Part shown: positions 38,342-47,678 of the stretch, piece by piece
How the letters are laid out: each line of letters starts with the position of its first letter
Numbering within the stretch: the first letter of the stretch is position 1
Virus record (IMG/VR): IMGVR_UViG_3300025267_002170
DNA length: 64,000 nt
Source of the DNA: a virus
Taxonomy: Duplodnaviria; Caudoviricetes
Reading direction: 5' to 3' (one strand)
Program-made: the position numbers and the translations under genes
Notes under the pieces: model-generated
Database searches by the model: none
Seen by the model: the letters and a program-made list of their open reading frames with translations, nothing else
Told to the model about the DNA's origin: nothing

Positions 38342-39165
38342 AAAGTAACATAACAATAATATCTGAAATAGGAATTAATCACAATGGAGACTTAGATGTC
38401 GCCAAGAGATTAATTGACATTTCTAAGATTGCTGGATGTGATGTAGTAAAATTTCAGAAAAGAAATCCCGACGTATGCGTGCCAGAACATCAAAAGGGAA
38501 CAATTAAGAACACCCCTTGGGGTGACATGACCTATATTGAATATAAACACAGGATGGAATTTGGCGAGACCGAGTATAAAGAAATACAGTCTCACTGTAA
38601 AAATATTGGCATCGACTGGTCTGTATCGGTTTGGGATTTGGACAGTTTAGATTTTATACGAGACTATGATATTTCCCTAGTAAAGATTCCCTCGGCTTTA
38701 CTGACGGACCATGAACTAATAGAGGCATGTAAGTCTCTAGATAAAAAAATAGTTTTGTCTACCGGAATGAGTACAGTAGAAGAGATTGACTTAGCTGTAG
38801 ATTGCTTGGATGGTCATGATTTTTCTTTGTTGCACTGCAACTCTACATATCCGGCTCCAATTGAAGACATAAACCTTAGATGTATATCTAGACTTAAGGA
38901 AAGATATGAGTGCGAGGTTGGATATAGCGGCCACGAGTTCGGCTTAACAACTACAATAGCGAGCATTTGTCTTGGAGCAACGGTAATCGAAAGACACATA
39001 ACTCTAGACAGGACAATGTGGGGAACGGACCAGATGTGCTCTGTAGAACCTCACGGATTAATAAAACTTGTGAAGGGAATACGAGAACTAGAGATGGCTC
39101 TGGGGGATGGGGTCAAGAAAATAACAGAAGGTGAGAAACTAGTCAGGGATAAGCTTAGGAAATGA
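38338..39165 (+). CDS. neuB: Nonulosonic acid (N-acetylneuraminate-type) synthase, lacking the SAF domain
   Basis: EIGINHNGD, VKFQKR, KIPS, LSTGMS, LHCNSTYP, GYSGH and IERHITLDR. Confidence 0.92.
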   Translation: MKSNITIISEIGINHNGDLDVAKRLIDISKIAGCDVVKFQKRNPDVCVPEHQKGTIKNTPWGDMTYIEYKHRMEFGETEYKEIQSHCKNIGIDWSVSVWDLDSLDFIRDYDISLVKIPSALLTDHELIEACKSLDKKIVLSTGMSTVEEIDLAVDCLDGHDFSLLHCNSTYPAPIEDINLRCISRLKERYECEVGYSGHEFGLTTTIASICLGATVIERHITLDRTMWGTDQMCSVEPHGLIKLVKGIRELEMALGDGVKKITEGEKLVRDKLRK

Positions 39166-39794
39166 GAACAGTATCTCTTCTACCGGCGAGGGGAGGAAGC
39201 AAAGGAATCCCCAATAAGAACATAGCTCCCCTAAACGGGAAGCCTCTTATTCATTATGCGATACAGGCGTCTCTTAATTCAGAATCTCAGGAGACTTGGG
39301 TTTCAACTGATAATGATGAAATCAAGCGGGTTTCAATTGAGTGCGGAGCAATGGTAATAGACAGGCCAGCAGAAATTTCCAAGGACTATTCACAGAGTGA
39401 AGAAACACTTCTTCATTTTTGTGATAACGTTGATTTTGATATACTGGTCTTTATACAACCAACCTCCCCACTCCTAGAGTCTGCATATATAGATAGAGGT
39501 ATTCAAATGATGAATGAGTACGACTCTGTTTTTAGTGTATATAAAGAGCACTGGGTTCCGAGATGGACAAAAGAGGTTAACCCAGATGGATGGGATGCCA
39601 ACAACAGGCCGATGCGACAACAAATGGATGAGAAATATGTTGAGAACGGAGCTTTCTATATAACAAAGAAGGACAATTTATTGCAGTCGAAACTAAGATA
39701 TAGCGGAAATATTGGAGTGGTGGAAATGCCACTGTATAAGAGTTTTCAAATAGATACAGAAGAAGACCTAGTCCTCATAGGCAATATGTTATAA
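39162..39794 (+). CDS. neuA: CMP-nonulosonic acid synthetase (acylneuraminate cytidylyltransferase)
   Basis: PARGGSKGIPNKN, VSTD, QPTSPL, ENGAFY and IDTEED. Confidence 0.92.
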   Translation: MRTVSLLPARGGSKGIPNKNIAPLNGKPLIHYAIQASLNSESQETWVSTDNDEIKRVSIECGAMVIDRPAEISKDYSQSEETLLHFCDNVDFDILVFIQPTSPLLESAYIDRGIQMMNEYDSVFSVYKEHWVPRWTKEVNPDGWDANNRPMRQQMDEKYVENGAFYITKKDNLLQSKLRYSGNIGVVEMPLYKSFQIDTEEDLVLIGNML

Positions 39795-40843
39795 TGGCCC
39801 ATATATTCAAACGCCCCACAGATTCCGCCAAAGGAATCGTAGTAATTTCTCACCAAGAAGCCTACAGGGGCAAAGACCATTATCCTGATATGATGAACAG
39901 GATAAGCGAAAAATATTTCATAGGTGTCCACTATGGTGGATTTTCTAATGGCGCTCCATATCCGGGCTTTGCCAGCTTCTTTATGGGAAGACCTTCAGTA
40001 ACAGATATATCACGAAGATATCCAGACGCTTTTGAAATTCCAATTGTAAGCTCTAACTTTACATCCACCGTTTTTAGAAAAGACCCCGAAGTAAAAAAGT
40101 ACTGGGACATAATTAATATTTCTAGAGCAGCTAATGTCAAGAAGCTAGACATATTCTTTAGAGAAATAAAAAAGATATACGGTAAAGGGTATAAATACAA
40201 GGTTCTTTTGATTTCCCCAAAGAGACATGAAGACACGCCAGAAGACCATTTTATGGATATAGAGGATGCGTACTATCGCATGTTCTCAAAAGAAGAGAGA
40301 CAGTTGTTTACACTCATGAGACTGGCTCAAAATTTAGAATTTAAAGGACTGAGCAAAACTCAGCTTTCTTATTTTTACCAGTCTTCCAAATGTGCAACCC
40401 TGTTTTCAGATTGTGAGGGAAGCCCCGGAGTGATTGCAGAGGCTTTGCTGACTGAGATACCGGTAGTCATGTATGCTGGCCAGCTTGGAAGTGGAAAAGA
40501 CTTCTTAACAGACGGCAACTCCGTGGTTTGGGAAGACTATAACAATGCCAATGAATGCCTTATTCGCGCGGTTGAAAACCATGACAAGTTTTCATTCGAT
40601 ACGGAGTCTCTCGCTAATGGATATAGAGAAGATAGGGGCTTAGAACAGCTAAAGATTTATTTTGATAAACTATATTCTCTGCATGGACAAGAGTTCGATG
40701 GAGAACTAATTAATACTGATGACTTAGTCAGTAGGCTTCCGTCTCACTATACTGAACTGCCTTGGGTAGACAGCAGGCTTTACAATGGCCACATGACTAC
40801 CGAAGAACATTATAATAAATTTTACTCGGAGCTTAAGATATGA
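39794..40843 (+). CDS. GT-B glycosyltransferase
   Basis: KKLD and EGSPGVIAEALLTEIPVV. Confidence 0.7.
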   Translation: MAHIFKRPTDSAKGIVVISHQEAYRGKDHYPDMMNRISEKYFIGVHYGGFSNGAPYPGFASFFMGRPSVTDISRRYPDAFEIPIVSSNFTSTVFRKDPEVKKYWDIINISRAANVKKLDIFFREIKKIYGKGYKYKVLLISPKRHEDTPEDHFMDIEDAYYRMFSKEERQLFTLMRLAQNLEFKGLSKTQLSYFYQSSKCATLFSDCEGSPGVIAEALLTEIPVVMYAGQLGSGKDFLTDGNSVVWEDYNNANECLIRAVENHDKFSFDTESLANGYREDRGLEQLKIYFDKLYSLHGQEFDGELINTDDLVSRLPSHYTELPWVDSRLYNGHMTTEEHYNKFYSELKI

Positions 40844-41541
40844 TTCCCGGTGAACATAAAAAACTTGAAGAACTTTCTGAAGACCAGAAACTGGAGATAT
40901 CAGAAGCTGCTAAGTATGACTATCTTGTTGCCAGTTGTAATTATGGCTCGGATTTTCATAGAGATAAACAGGTCATAAGAACAACCAAAGAGCTTGGTCA
41001 CGTATCCGTAGTATACTCTCAGATAATATCATGGGGAGGCAAACAGGACCGCCCCTTTAAAGTGCTGGATGTAGGCTCTGGACCCGGTGGTTGTATGAGT
41101 TGGCTTATAGCGCAAGGCGTAGACGCATACGGTGTAGACATCTCTAAAGAGTTTATTAAAATTTCTCAATCTAATTTTCCAGAAATAAGGGGCAAGGTTT
41201 TTAAAGGAAATGCAAAAAAACTCAAGAGATTCTCAGACAGTTCCTTTGATTTGGTACAACATCTTGATGGAATGGAGCATATACCAAAAGAATGGGAAGA
41301 AGATTGTCTAAAGGAGGCTGTTAGAGTATCCAGACAATACGTGGTTCATGAAAACGCTTGCGAAGATGCTTGGGCTGATGGTGTCTGCATAAATAACGGC
41401 TTCTCTGCTGCGCACATTAATGTAAAAACTTCGGAAGAATGGCTTCGTTTTTATGAATCTCATTCTAGTAGTTTAAATTATAAGATAATAGCTAAACATC
41501 TTACCAAAGAATATCTGGCAGTAATTCTAAAGAAGGTATAA
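40840..41541 (+). CDS. Class I SAM-dependent methyltransferase
   Basis: VLDVGSGPG, GVDIS, FSDSSFDLV and EHIP. Confidence 0.88.
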   Translation: MIPGEHKKLEELSEDQKLEISEAAKYDYLVASCNYGSDFHRDKQVIRTTKELGHVSVVYSQIISWGGKQDRPFKVLDVGSGPGGCMSWLIAQGVDAYGVDISKEFIKISQSNFPEIRGKVFKGNAKKLKRFSDSSFDLVQHLDGMEHIPKEWEEDCLKEAVRVSRQYVVHENACEDAWADGVCINNGFSAAHINVKTSEEWLRFYESHSSSLNYKIIAKHLTKEYLAVILKKV

Positions 41542-42251
41542 TGCCTACTTGCCATCGTCGTAAAATAACATTTTTTCACATTACTAAAACGGCAGGAACT
41601 ACCGTTGAAAAGTACCTTGGACTATTCAATAAGACCATGAATGCCGATAATGATACGGTAATGTTTGGCACTCTTAAACATGGACCAGCCCAGCACTACC
41701 CCTTTGAAATATTTTATCAATACAGACCGGAAGAAGAAAAAAATTATTTTAAGTTTTCTTTTGTCAGAAACCCTTACGACCGAATGGTTTCTCAGTATTA
41801 CTGGCAGCTTACACGAATGAGAAATTTGAAGGATACTTATAGTTTTAAAACCTTTCTTCTAGAGGCTGAAGAGCTAGTCTCTAATGCGATTTGTGTCTAT
41901 CCTGCCCCAACCCCTTATTTTACAGGCGACTTTTTTAACAATGACGAATTCATGAAGGTTCCCACCGGAAACAAAATACATTTCTGCCCTCAACATATGT
42001 ATATTTTTGATGAAGAAGACAAATTTAAACTGGACTTCGTTGGCAGTTTTGAAAACTTCACTGATGACTTTTCTCTTCTGTGTTTAATTATTGACGTTAA
42101 TGCAAGCATTCCTGCACGAGGCTTTGGATATCGAACCCACAATGTCTCTGCCGGAAGACCTCCTTATAGAGAAATGTACGATTCTACGACCAAAAAAATT
42201 GTAGAGCGTATGTATGAAAAAGATTTAGATTTACTAAAGTATACTTTCTAG
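41541..42251 (+). CDS. Sulfotransferase (Sulfotransfer_2 type)
   Basis: PAPS motifs HITKTAGT and FVRNPYDRMVSQY; HFCPQ; YEKDL. Confidence 0.88.
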   Translation: MPTCHRRKITFFHITKTAGTTVEKYLGLFNKTMNADNDTVMFGTLKHGPAQHYPFEIFYQYRPEEEKNYFKFSFVRNPYDRMVSQYYWQLTRMRNLKDTYSFKTFLLEAEELVSNAICVYPAPTPYFTGDFFNNDEFMKVPTGNKIHFCPQHMYIFDEEDKFKLDFVGSFENFTDDFSLLCLIIDVNASIPARGFGYRTHNVSAGRPPYREMYDSTTKKIVERMYEKDLDLLKYTF

Positions 42252-42265
42252 AATAAAGAAATACA

Positions 42266-43060
42266 ATGGCACACAAGATACTATTCGTGGTTGCCCATCC
42301 AGATGACGAAAGCTTGTGGATAGGAGGCATTCTAAATTTCCTCAGCAATAGAGAGGAAGTAGAGCCTTATGTTTTGTGCGCAACCGGAAGGCATCATCCA
42401 GAGAGATATAAAGAATTTGAAAGCGTTATGAATCTAATTGGAATAAATAATTGGTACGTTGGCGATGAAGATATTCCAGAAAGAGGTGGAATTCCCCTTC
42501 ATGAATTCCCAAAGTCTTTTGTCAACGGTCTTGAAAGTCTAGAACTAAATCCTGAAGATATAGATGTTATAATAACCCACCCCTTCCACGGCGACGAACA
42601 TCTTAATGGCCAACATGCTCAGCTATTTGCGGGGTTATTTTATCTCTGTAAAGATAAGGATGTTCCCTTTGGGTTCTTTTCAACAGTTGTCATAAGGTAT
42701 TATTCATTAAAACCGTTGCTGATGCATATGAAAAGAGACGGAGGAACCCACTTGATAAATTATTCTTCGTGTGAATCCATACCTCATACCGGCTACGGAC
42801 ATCATATAGTTGACTGTTCCACTATTACTCCAGAATATTTCTACCAGTTTAAAGTCGATTCAAAAATCAAGTCGGAAATGCTCTCGCTATATAAATCTAT
42901 AAATCAAGAAGAACATCAAAAAGGATACGCCTCTTGGGACAGTGATGTTGAGGGAGTATACTTTATGAGTGCAAAAGCCGCCTCTCCGTTTTTAAAAATA
43001 TGTGACAACATGGACGTTCCCGCTGGAAACCCCATATGCGGAATGCCTTTCGGGAGTTAA
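42266..43060 (+). CDS. PIG-L family N-deacetylase
   Basis: AHPDDE, R..E, THP..G and H. Confidence 0.8.
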   Translation: MAHKILFVVAHPDDESLWIGGILNFLSNREEVEPYVLCATGRHHPERYKEFESVMNLIGINNWYVGDEDIPERGGIPLHEFPKSFVNGLESLELNPEDIDVIITHPFHGDEHLNGQHAQLFAGLFYLCKDKDVPFGFFSTVVIRYYSLKPLLMHMKRDGGTHLINYSSCESIPHTGYGHHIVDCSTITPEYFYQFKVDSKIKSEMLSLYKSINQEEHQKGYASWDSDVEGVYFMSAKAASPFLKICDNMDVPAGNPICGMPFGS

Positions 43061-43061
43061 C

Positions 43062-43895
43062 ATGACAATACTTATAACCGGCGGGACCGGGTTTTTAGGC
43101 AGAAGCCTACTGAGAGAATGCTTGAACAACGATATGGATGTTATAGTATTGTCTCATTCTGAAATACGAGACAAAGAGATGCAGTTAGAACATCCAGAAG
43201 TAAAATCTTACTGCGTGGACATATCTACGGATGCTGAAATTTTAGATAGAATCGTAGAGCAGAACAATGTTGAGTATATAGTACACTGTGCTGCCATGAA
43301 ACATATAGGTATATGTGAAAACAATCCCACAAAAGCTATAGAAGTAAATATTAACGGCAGTAGAAATATAATTAGTGTGGCTAAAAAAAACAAGGTAAAA
43401 AATGTTGTTGCTGTAAGTACTGACAAAGCCATAAACCCTTCCTGTGTATACGGTTCTACAAAACTTCTTATGGAGAAGGTGATGCTAGAGAACAGCTTCT
43501 CTGTCATACAGGGCGTGAACTTTTTCTTCTCCAGTGGCAGCGTTCTGGAAATATGGCACAGCTGCATAAAAAACAAGGAGCCTATAAGGGTTAACATCAA
43601 TGACACCGTGAGATATTTTGTTAGCGCAAGCGACGTTGCCAAAAAAATCTTAGAGAATCTAGACACCAAGTCTTCGTACATAAGTCTTGATAGCTGTCAC
43701 AGAGTCAAGCTCCACAATTTGGCAGAGGCGTTTTGTGAGTATCACAATGTCTATAAGATAGAAGACTACGTACCAATATCCGCTGAGAAGATTGTTGAAG
43801 AAGTTCCAGACGGTATTCGAAATATACATGAGCCAGACATGGCAGAGCTTAAGGTCATGATATACAGACACTACAAGGGACAACGATGTCCATAG
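43062..43895 (+). CDS. PseB/CapD-like NDP-sugar 4,6-dehydratase
   Basis: TGGTGFLG, HCAAMKH, NINGS and STDKAINP..VYGSTK. Confidence 0.8.
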   Translation: MTILITGGTGFLGRSLLRECLNNDMDVIVLSHSEIRDKEMQLEHPEVKSYCVDISTDAEILDRIVEQNNVEYIVHCAAMKHIGICENNPTKAIEVNINGSRNIISVAKKNKVKNVVAVSTDKAINPSCVYGSTKLLMEKVMLENSFSVIQGVNFFFSSGSVLEIWHSCIKNKEPIRVNINDTVRYFVSASDVAKKILENLDTKSSYISLDSCHRVKLHNLAEAFCEYHNVYKIEDYVPISAEKIVEEVPDGIRNIHEPDMAELKVMIYRHYKGQRCP

Positions 43896-44542
43896 AACAT
43901 TCAGATATGAAAATGCTCCTTCGATTTAGAGAATCGAATCCAGAGGGAACTAGCTGTGCGATACTCGGGGATGTTTCTCTGCATAGCCTGTCTGGAATGG
44001 ATGAATTTAAGAACCTTCTAGGCTTCGACACCGTACACACTTTTGATATCAATGGAAATCCTACCCACAAAATAAATCTAAACGACCCTGTGCCAGAAGA
44101 GCTTTGTTCACAGTATGACTGGGTGATAGATTCTGGAACCTTGTACTGCTGCTTCAACATAGCCATGGTTTGGAAAAATATCCTGTCCCTGCTTAAAGAG
44201 TCCTCCTGCATAGTACACACGGGCAACCTATCTGGATTCTATGGAAGGGGGTTTTATTCTTTAAGCCCTGCTTTGTTTAGAGATTTTTATAGGGCCAATA
44301 ACTTTGAGATTTTAGGGATGGGAACTAAAACCAGACAAGTAAACCAATGGCATGTTTTCGACCCGAACAATACCTACCTAAACGAAGCATCTACAAGCTG
44401 TATGAAATTTCAAGAACACTCTGGTTCTTTCATAGAATTTATACCAAACGATTGCATGATTTATTGTTTCGCTAAAAGAGATAAGTCGACAGATTTTGTA
44501 GAGCCAGTACCACAGCATTTTATAGATACAGACGGAGCATAA
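43886..44542 (+). CDS. Methyltransferase-like hypothetical protein
   Basis: NLNDP, YDWVIDSGT..CFN and GFYSLSP pattern. Confidence 0.55.
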   Translation: MSIEHSDMKMLLRFRESNPEGTSCAILGDVSLHSLSGMDEFKNLLGFDTVHTFDINGNPTHKINLNDPVPEELCSQYDWVIDSGTLYCCFNIAMVWKNILSLLKESSCIVHTGNLSGFYGRGFYSLSPALFRDFYRANNFEILGMGTKTRQVNQWHVFDPNNTYLNEASTSCMKFQEHSGSFIEFIPNDCMIYCFAKRDKSTDFVEPVPQHFIDTDGA

Positions 44543-44544
44543 TA

Positions 44545-45267
44545 ATGCCAACGTTTCCATCGCAAGAAGAAAGCCAAACCATTCTAGACACCGTAGTTAG
44601 TGGCGACGGTCTATACAAGTTTGATAATTTCCTAACCGACGAGGAGGTTGAATCCCTTCGTGAAGAAATGGAATCCCAGTTTTCTGAGTTGAACACTGGA
44701 GATGAATACTGTTGTGACGGCACGGTGACGCCCGGCTCCTACCCCTTTGGAAAAATTTGTAGAATACAGCGCCACAACCTAAACAGATTTCCCTCCATGT
44801 TAAATGTTCTTAACAACGCATGGTTTTCTATAATGGCTGATGCATACTATTATGGTAACGCAAACAAGCTTTTACAAGTATTTTTTAGCCACGAGTACTT
44901 GCTTCCAAATCAGGTGGATGGAGTTACTAGAAATTCTGTTCTACACTTTGACCCATACCAAGCATTCAAGTTTATGATTTACATTACCGACTGCGAAAAA
45001 GAAACCGGGGCTTTTAGATACATCAAGGGTTCTCAGATAGAATCCAAAAAGATTAGAAACTTATATCAAATGCACGAACTATTAAATGATAAATACACTC
45101 TTGAGTCCAACCCCTCTATGGGATACTCTGAGGAGGATGTGGTTTACGCCGAAGCCTCTAAAGGCTCCCTTCTGATATTCGACACCGACATTATTCACGG
45201 GGGCGGAATTCTTCAAGAAGAAGGCTCTGAAAGAATGGCGATAATTGCCCACAACAGGAGGGGATAA
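44545..45267 (+). CDS. PhyH-like 2OG-Fe(II) dioxygenase
   Basis: HFD, YITD...GAFRYIKGS and GSLLIFD...HGG. Confidence 0.8.
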   Translation: MPTFPSQEESQTILDTVVSGDGLYKFDNFLTDEEVESLREEMESQFSELNTGDEYCCDGTVTPGSYPFGKICRIQRHNLNRFPSMLNVLNNAWFSIMADAYYYGNANKLLQVFFSHEYLLPNQVDGVTRNSVLHFDPYQAFKFMIYITDCEKETGAFRYIKGSQIESKKIRNLYQMHELLNDKYTLESNPSMGYSEEDVVYAEASKGSLLIFDTDIIHGGGILQEEGSERMAIIAHNRRG

Positions 45268-45268
45268 A

Positions 45269-45907
45269 ATGGAACACGTCAACTCTTGGAGAGATTCTGC
45301 CGACGTTTTCAAGCAGCAGCTTTCTCTTAATATGCGAGAGCTACAGTCCTCGTATCCCGTCCACTGGAAACATTTGGTTAAGTCCCTAGAATTCTTGACA
45401 ACCAAATGTGACGCAAGGAGACTGGTTGATATTGGCTGTGGGGCCGGTGTTTATTCTGAACTTATAAGAAAACACTTTCCCGAAATGTCTTACGTGGGAT
45501 ATGATTATTCTGATAGCGCCCTAGAAATTGCTAGAGGAAGTTGGCCTTCAGATACTGATTTTAGACTGGCTAAGTATCAAGATATATCTCCTTCCGACAT
45601 GGAGGATGGAGATGTAATTGTTGTCAATGGCCTTTTGGATATTCTTCCAAACGGAGATGAGGCTCTAGAACATCTCCTGTCTCTTTCCTGTAAATTTTTG
45701 CTGCTTCAAAGAATTAACCTAACTGCTGAGCTAAGTAACTATAGGGTTTACAGAGCTTATAATGTTATAGATACTTATGAATATAGACATAACGTATCAA
45801 GATTCTTCAACCTACTGAAGGAGCACGGATATTTATGTAAGTCTGATGAAATCATTGGATGTTCTGATTATCATGCCCTGAATGTTATGCTTATCAAAAA
45901 TGATTAA
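45269..45907 (+). CDS. Class I SAM-dependent methyltransferase
   Basis: LVDIGCGAG and YVGYDYS. Confidence 0.85.
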   Translation: MEHVNSWRDSADVFKQQLSLNMRELQSSYPVHWKHLVKSLEFLTTKCDARRLVDIGCGAGVYSELIRKHFPEMSYVGYDYSDSALEIARGSWPSDTDFRLAKYQDISPSDMEDGDVIVVNGLLDILPNGDEALEHLLSLSCKFLLLQRINLTAELSNYRVYRAYNVIDTYEYRHNVSRFFNLLKEHGYLCKSDEIIGCSDYHALNVMLIKND

Positions 45908-46847
45908 CTTCGCACATATAAATAACTACACAATAGATACCTCTATATTTTCAAATCTTCTTCATGATAAAATTGTAACTGAGTTTGAAGAAAGGTTTGC
46001 TGATTACGTAGGTGCAAAATATGCATGCATGGCAAACAGTGCCTCCAGTCTAATATATCTGGTAGGAAAAATATTTACAAGAACTTTTACAATACCCAGC
46101 ATGATACCCAATGTAGTTCCAAACGCAATCATAAATTCCAATTCGTATTTTACTTTTACGGATGATGTCGACTGGGTTGGTGATTCATATACACTTTGCT
46201 ATTCAAACCTGTTTAAGCAAAAGACAGTGGACTCTGCTCAGAAGGTAGAAAGAAACCAGTTTAAAAACGAATCCGACAATGAAATAGACACTATGATATT
46301 TAGCTTCTATCCTACAAAGCCCGTGGGTGGATGCGATGGTGGAATGATTGTGTCTGATGACGAGGGAATAATCGACCATTTTAAAATGTTTGTCATGAAT
46401 GGGACAAATAGTCGTCACAATAACTGGGAAAGAAACATTGAGTTGTGTGGGTGGAAGATGCACCCAAATTCAATTCAGGCTTATATAGCCAACGAAAATC
46501 TTAAGAGGCTTGATGAGAAGCAAGAGAGGATGTCTGAGATTAGAAAACTATATAATGAAGCTTTCTCTCTGAAGAATACTAGTAATCATTTATATAGGAT
46601 TCGTGTCTCTAACAACGACCTGTTTGTAAATCATATGAAGAAGAAGGAAATCTCTTGCGGAATACATTACAGGTGTTTGCATAACCACAAAGTATATGAG
46701 ATGGATGCATTAAACTGTGGAGAACCTATGCCCCTTTCTGAGAAAGCGAGTAAGGAGACAGTAAGTTTACCTTTTCATGAACAGTTAACAGATGAACAAA
46801 TTAAATATATCGTGGATGTCACCCATGCGTCTTCATATCTTATCTGA
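45900..46847 (+). CDS. DegT/DnrJ/EryC1/StrS sugar aminotransferase
   Basis: FEERFADYVG, DSAQ, SFYPTK...DGG, GIHY and SLPFH. Confidence 0.88.
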   Translation: MINFAHINNYTIDTSIFSNLLHDKIVTEFEERFADYVGAKYACMANSASSLIYLVGKIFTRTFTIPSMIPNVVPNAIINSNSYFTFTDDVDWVGDSYTLCYSNLFKQKTVDSAQKVERNQFKNESDNEIDTMIFSFYPTKPVGGCDGGMIVSDDEGIIDHFKMFVMNGTNSRHNNWERNIELCGWKMHPNSIQAYIANENLKRLDEKQERMSEIRKLYNEAFSLKNTSNHLYRIRVSNNDLFVNHMKKKEISCGIHYRCLHNHKVYEMDALNCGEPMPLSEKASKETVSLPFHEQLTDEQIKYIVDVTHASSYLI

Positions 46848-47208
46848 CGATAACGGAACATTGGTTCCGATAGAATTCTCAGAACTTCCTTTTGAAGCAA
46901 AGAGGGTGTTCTATGTAACTAATGTTCCCAAGGGAGAGGAAAGAGGGAATCACGCCCACTTCAGAACGCAACAAATTTTAGTGTGTGTGCAGGGACAGAT
47001 TATAGTAAAACTCCACGATGGAAAGAAATTGTTTAAGAAGCTTCTTACTCCTAATGACGCCATATTTGTTGACAAAATGATTTGGGATTCACAAGTTTTT
47101 ATGACCGGTGATGATGTATTGCTTTCGATATGTTCTACTCCATACGATAAGTCTGACTATATAGAAGATATGTCGTCATTTTTAGAAGCTAGGAGACACT
47201 TTAGATGA
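46816..47208 (+). CDS. FdtA/QdtA-like sugar 3,4-ketoisomerase (cupin)
   Basis: LPFEAKRVFY, RGNHAH and YDKSDYI. Confidence 0.88.
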   Translation: MSPMRLHILSDDNGTLVPIEFSELPFEAKRVFYVTNVPKGEERGNHAHFRTQQILVCVQGQIIVKLHDGKKLFKKLLTPNDAIFVDKMIWDSQVFMTGDDVLLSICSTPYDKSDYIEDMSSFLEARRHFR

Positions 47209-47678
47209 AAATTGGAATAATAATAGAAGACCTAAGCGCTTCGCATCTTTCTTATTGCTTGGTTAAAAAGCTAAACGAAATAGTTTCTGAAGACAGTACA
47301 AATGATTATACGATATTTGTTCAAAATATAACTTCGCATGTTCTTCCACCCAGATTTGCTGTTATGAACACTACAGAACTTCCCTACTTTGATGGGACTT
47401 TAATAGCAACCAGCATTTCTACATGCCTCACAGCGATTAAATCTATCTCTCCGTCTAAGAAAATATTCTATGTATGGGACTTGGAATGGATGAGAGACAC
47501 TGGAAGAAACTATGAACACAGCATACGAGCTTTTATAGACAAGTCAGTTGTTCTTGTCGCCCGAAGTGAAAGTCACTCCAAGGCTATAAAGAATTACTGC
47601 AACAAGACGCCTTCTTCTATAGTAGAAGATTTTAATATCAAAAAAATGATGGAGACTATAAACAATGAGATTTGCTGA
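47205..47678 (+). CDS. Hypothetical protein resembling an isolated GT-B N-terminal domain
   Basis: IATS, FYVWDLEW and ARS pattern. Confidence 0.5.
   Translation: MKIGIIIEDLSASHLSYCLVKKLNEIVSEDSTNDYTIFVQNITSHVLPPRFAVMNTTELPYFDGTLIATSISTCLTAIKSISPSKKIFYVWDLEWMRDTGRNYEHSIRAFIDKSVVLVARSESHSKAIKNYCNKTPSSIVEDFNIKKMMETINNEIC

Noticed and set aside
25913-47678. Island as a DNA hypermodification system
   Set aside because: No dCMP/dUMP hydroxymethylase, recognisable TET/JBP, deazaguanine genes or DNA MTase in the window, and the sugar chemistry is surface-glycan-like. Not fully excluded for individual GTs.
25913-47678. Island as a captured host O-antigen or capsule locus
   Set aside because: No flippase, polymerase or exporter; it is coupled to phage genes on both sides and shows the same Pro-Gly codon bias.
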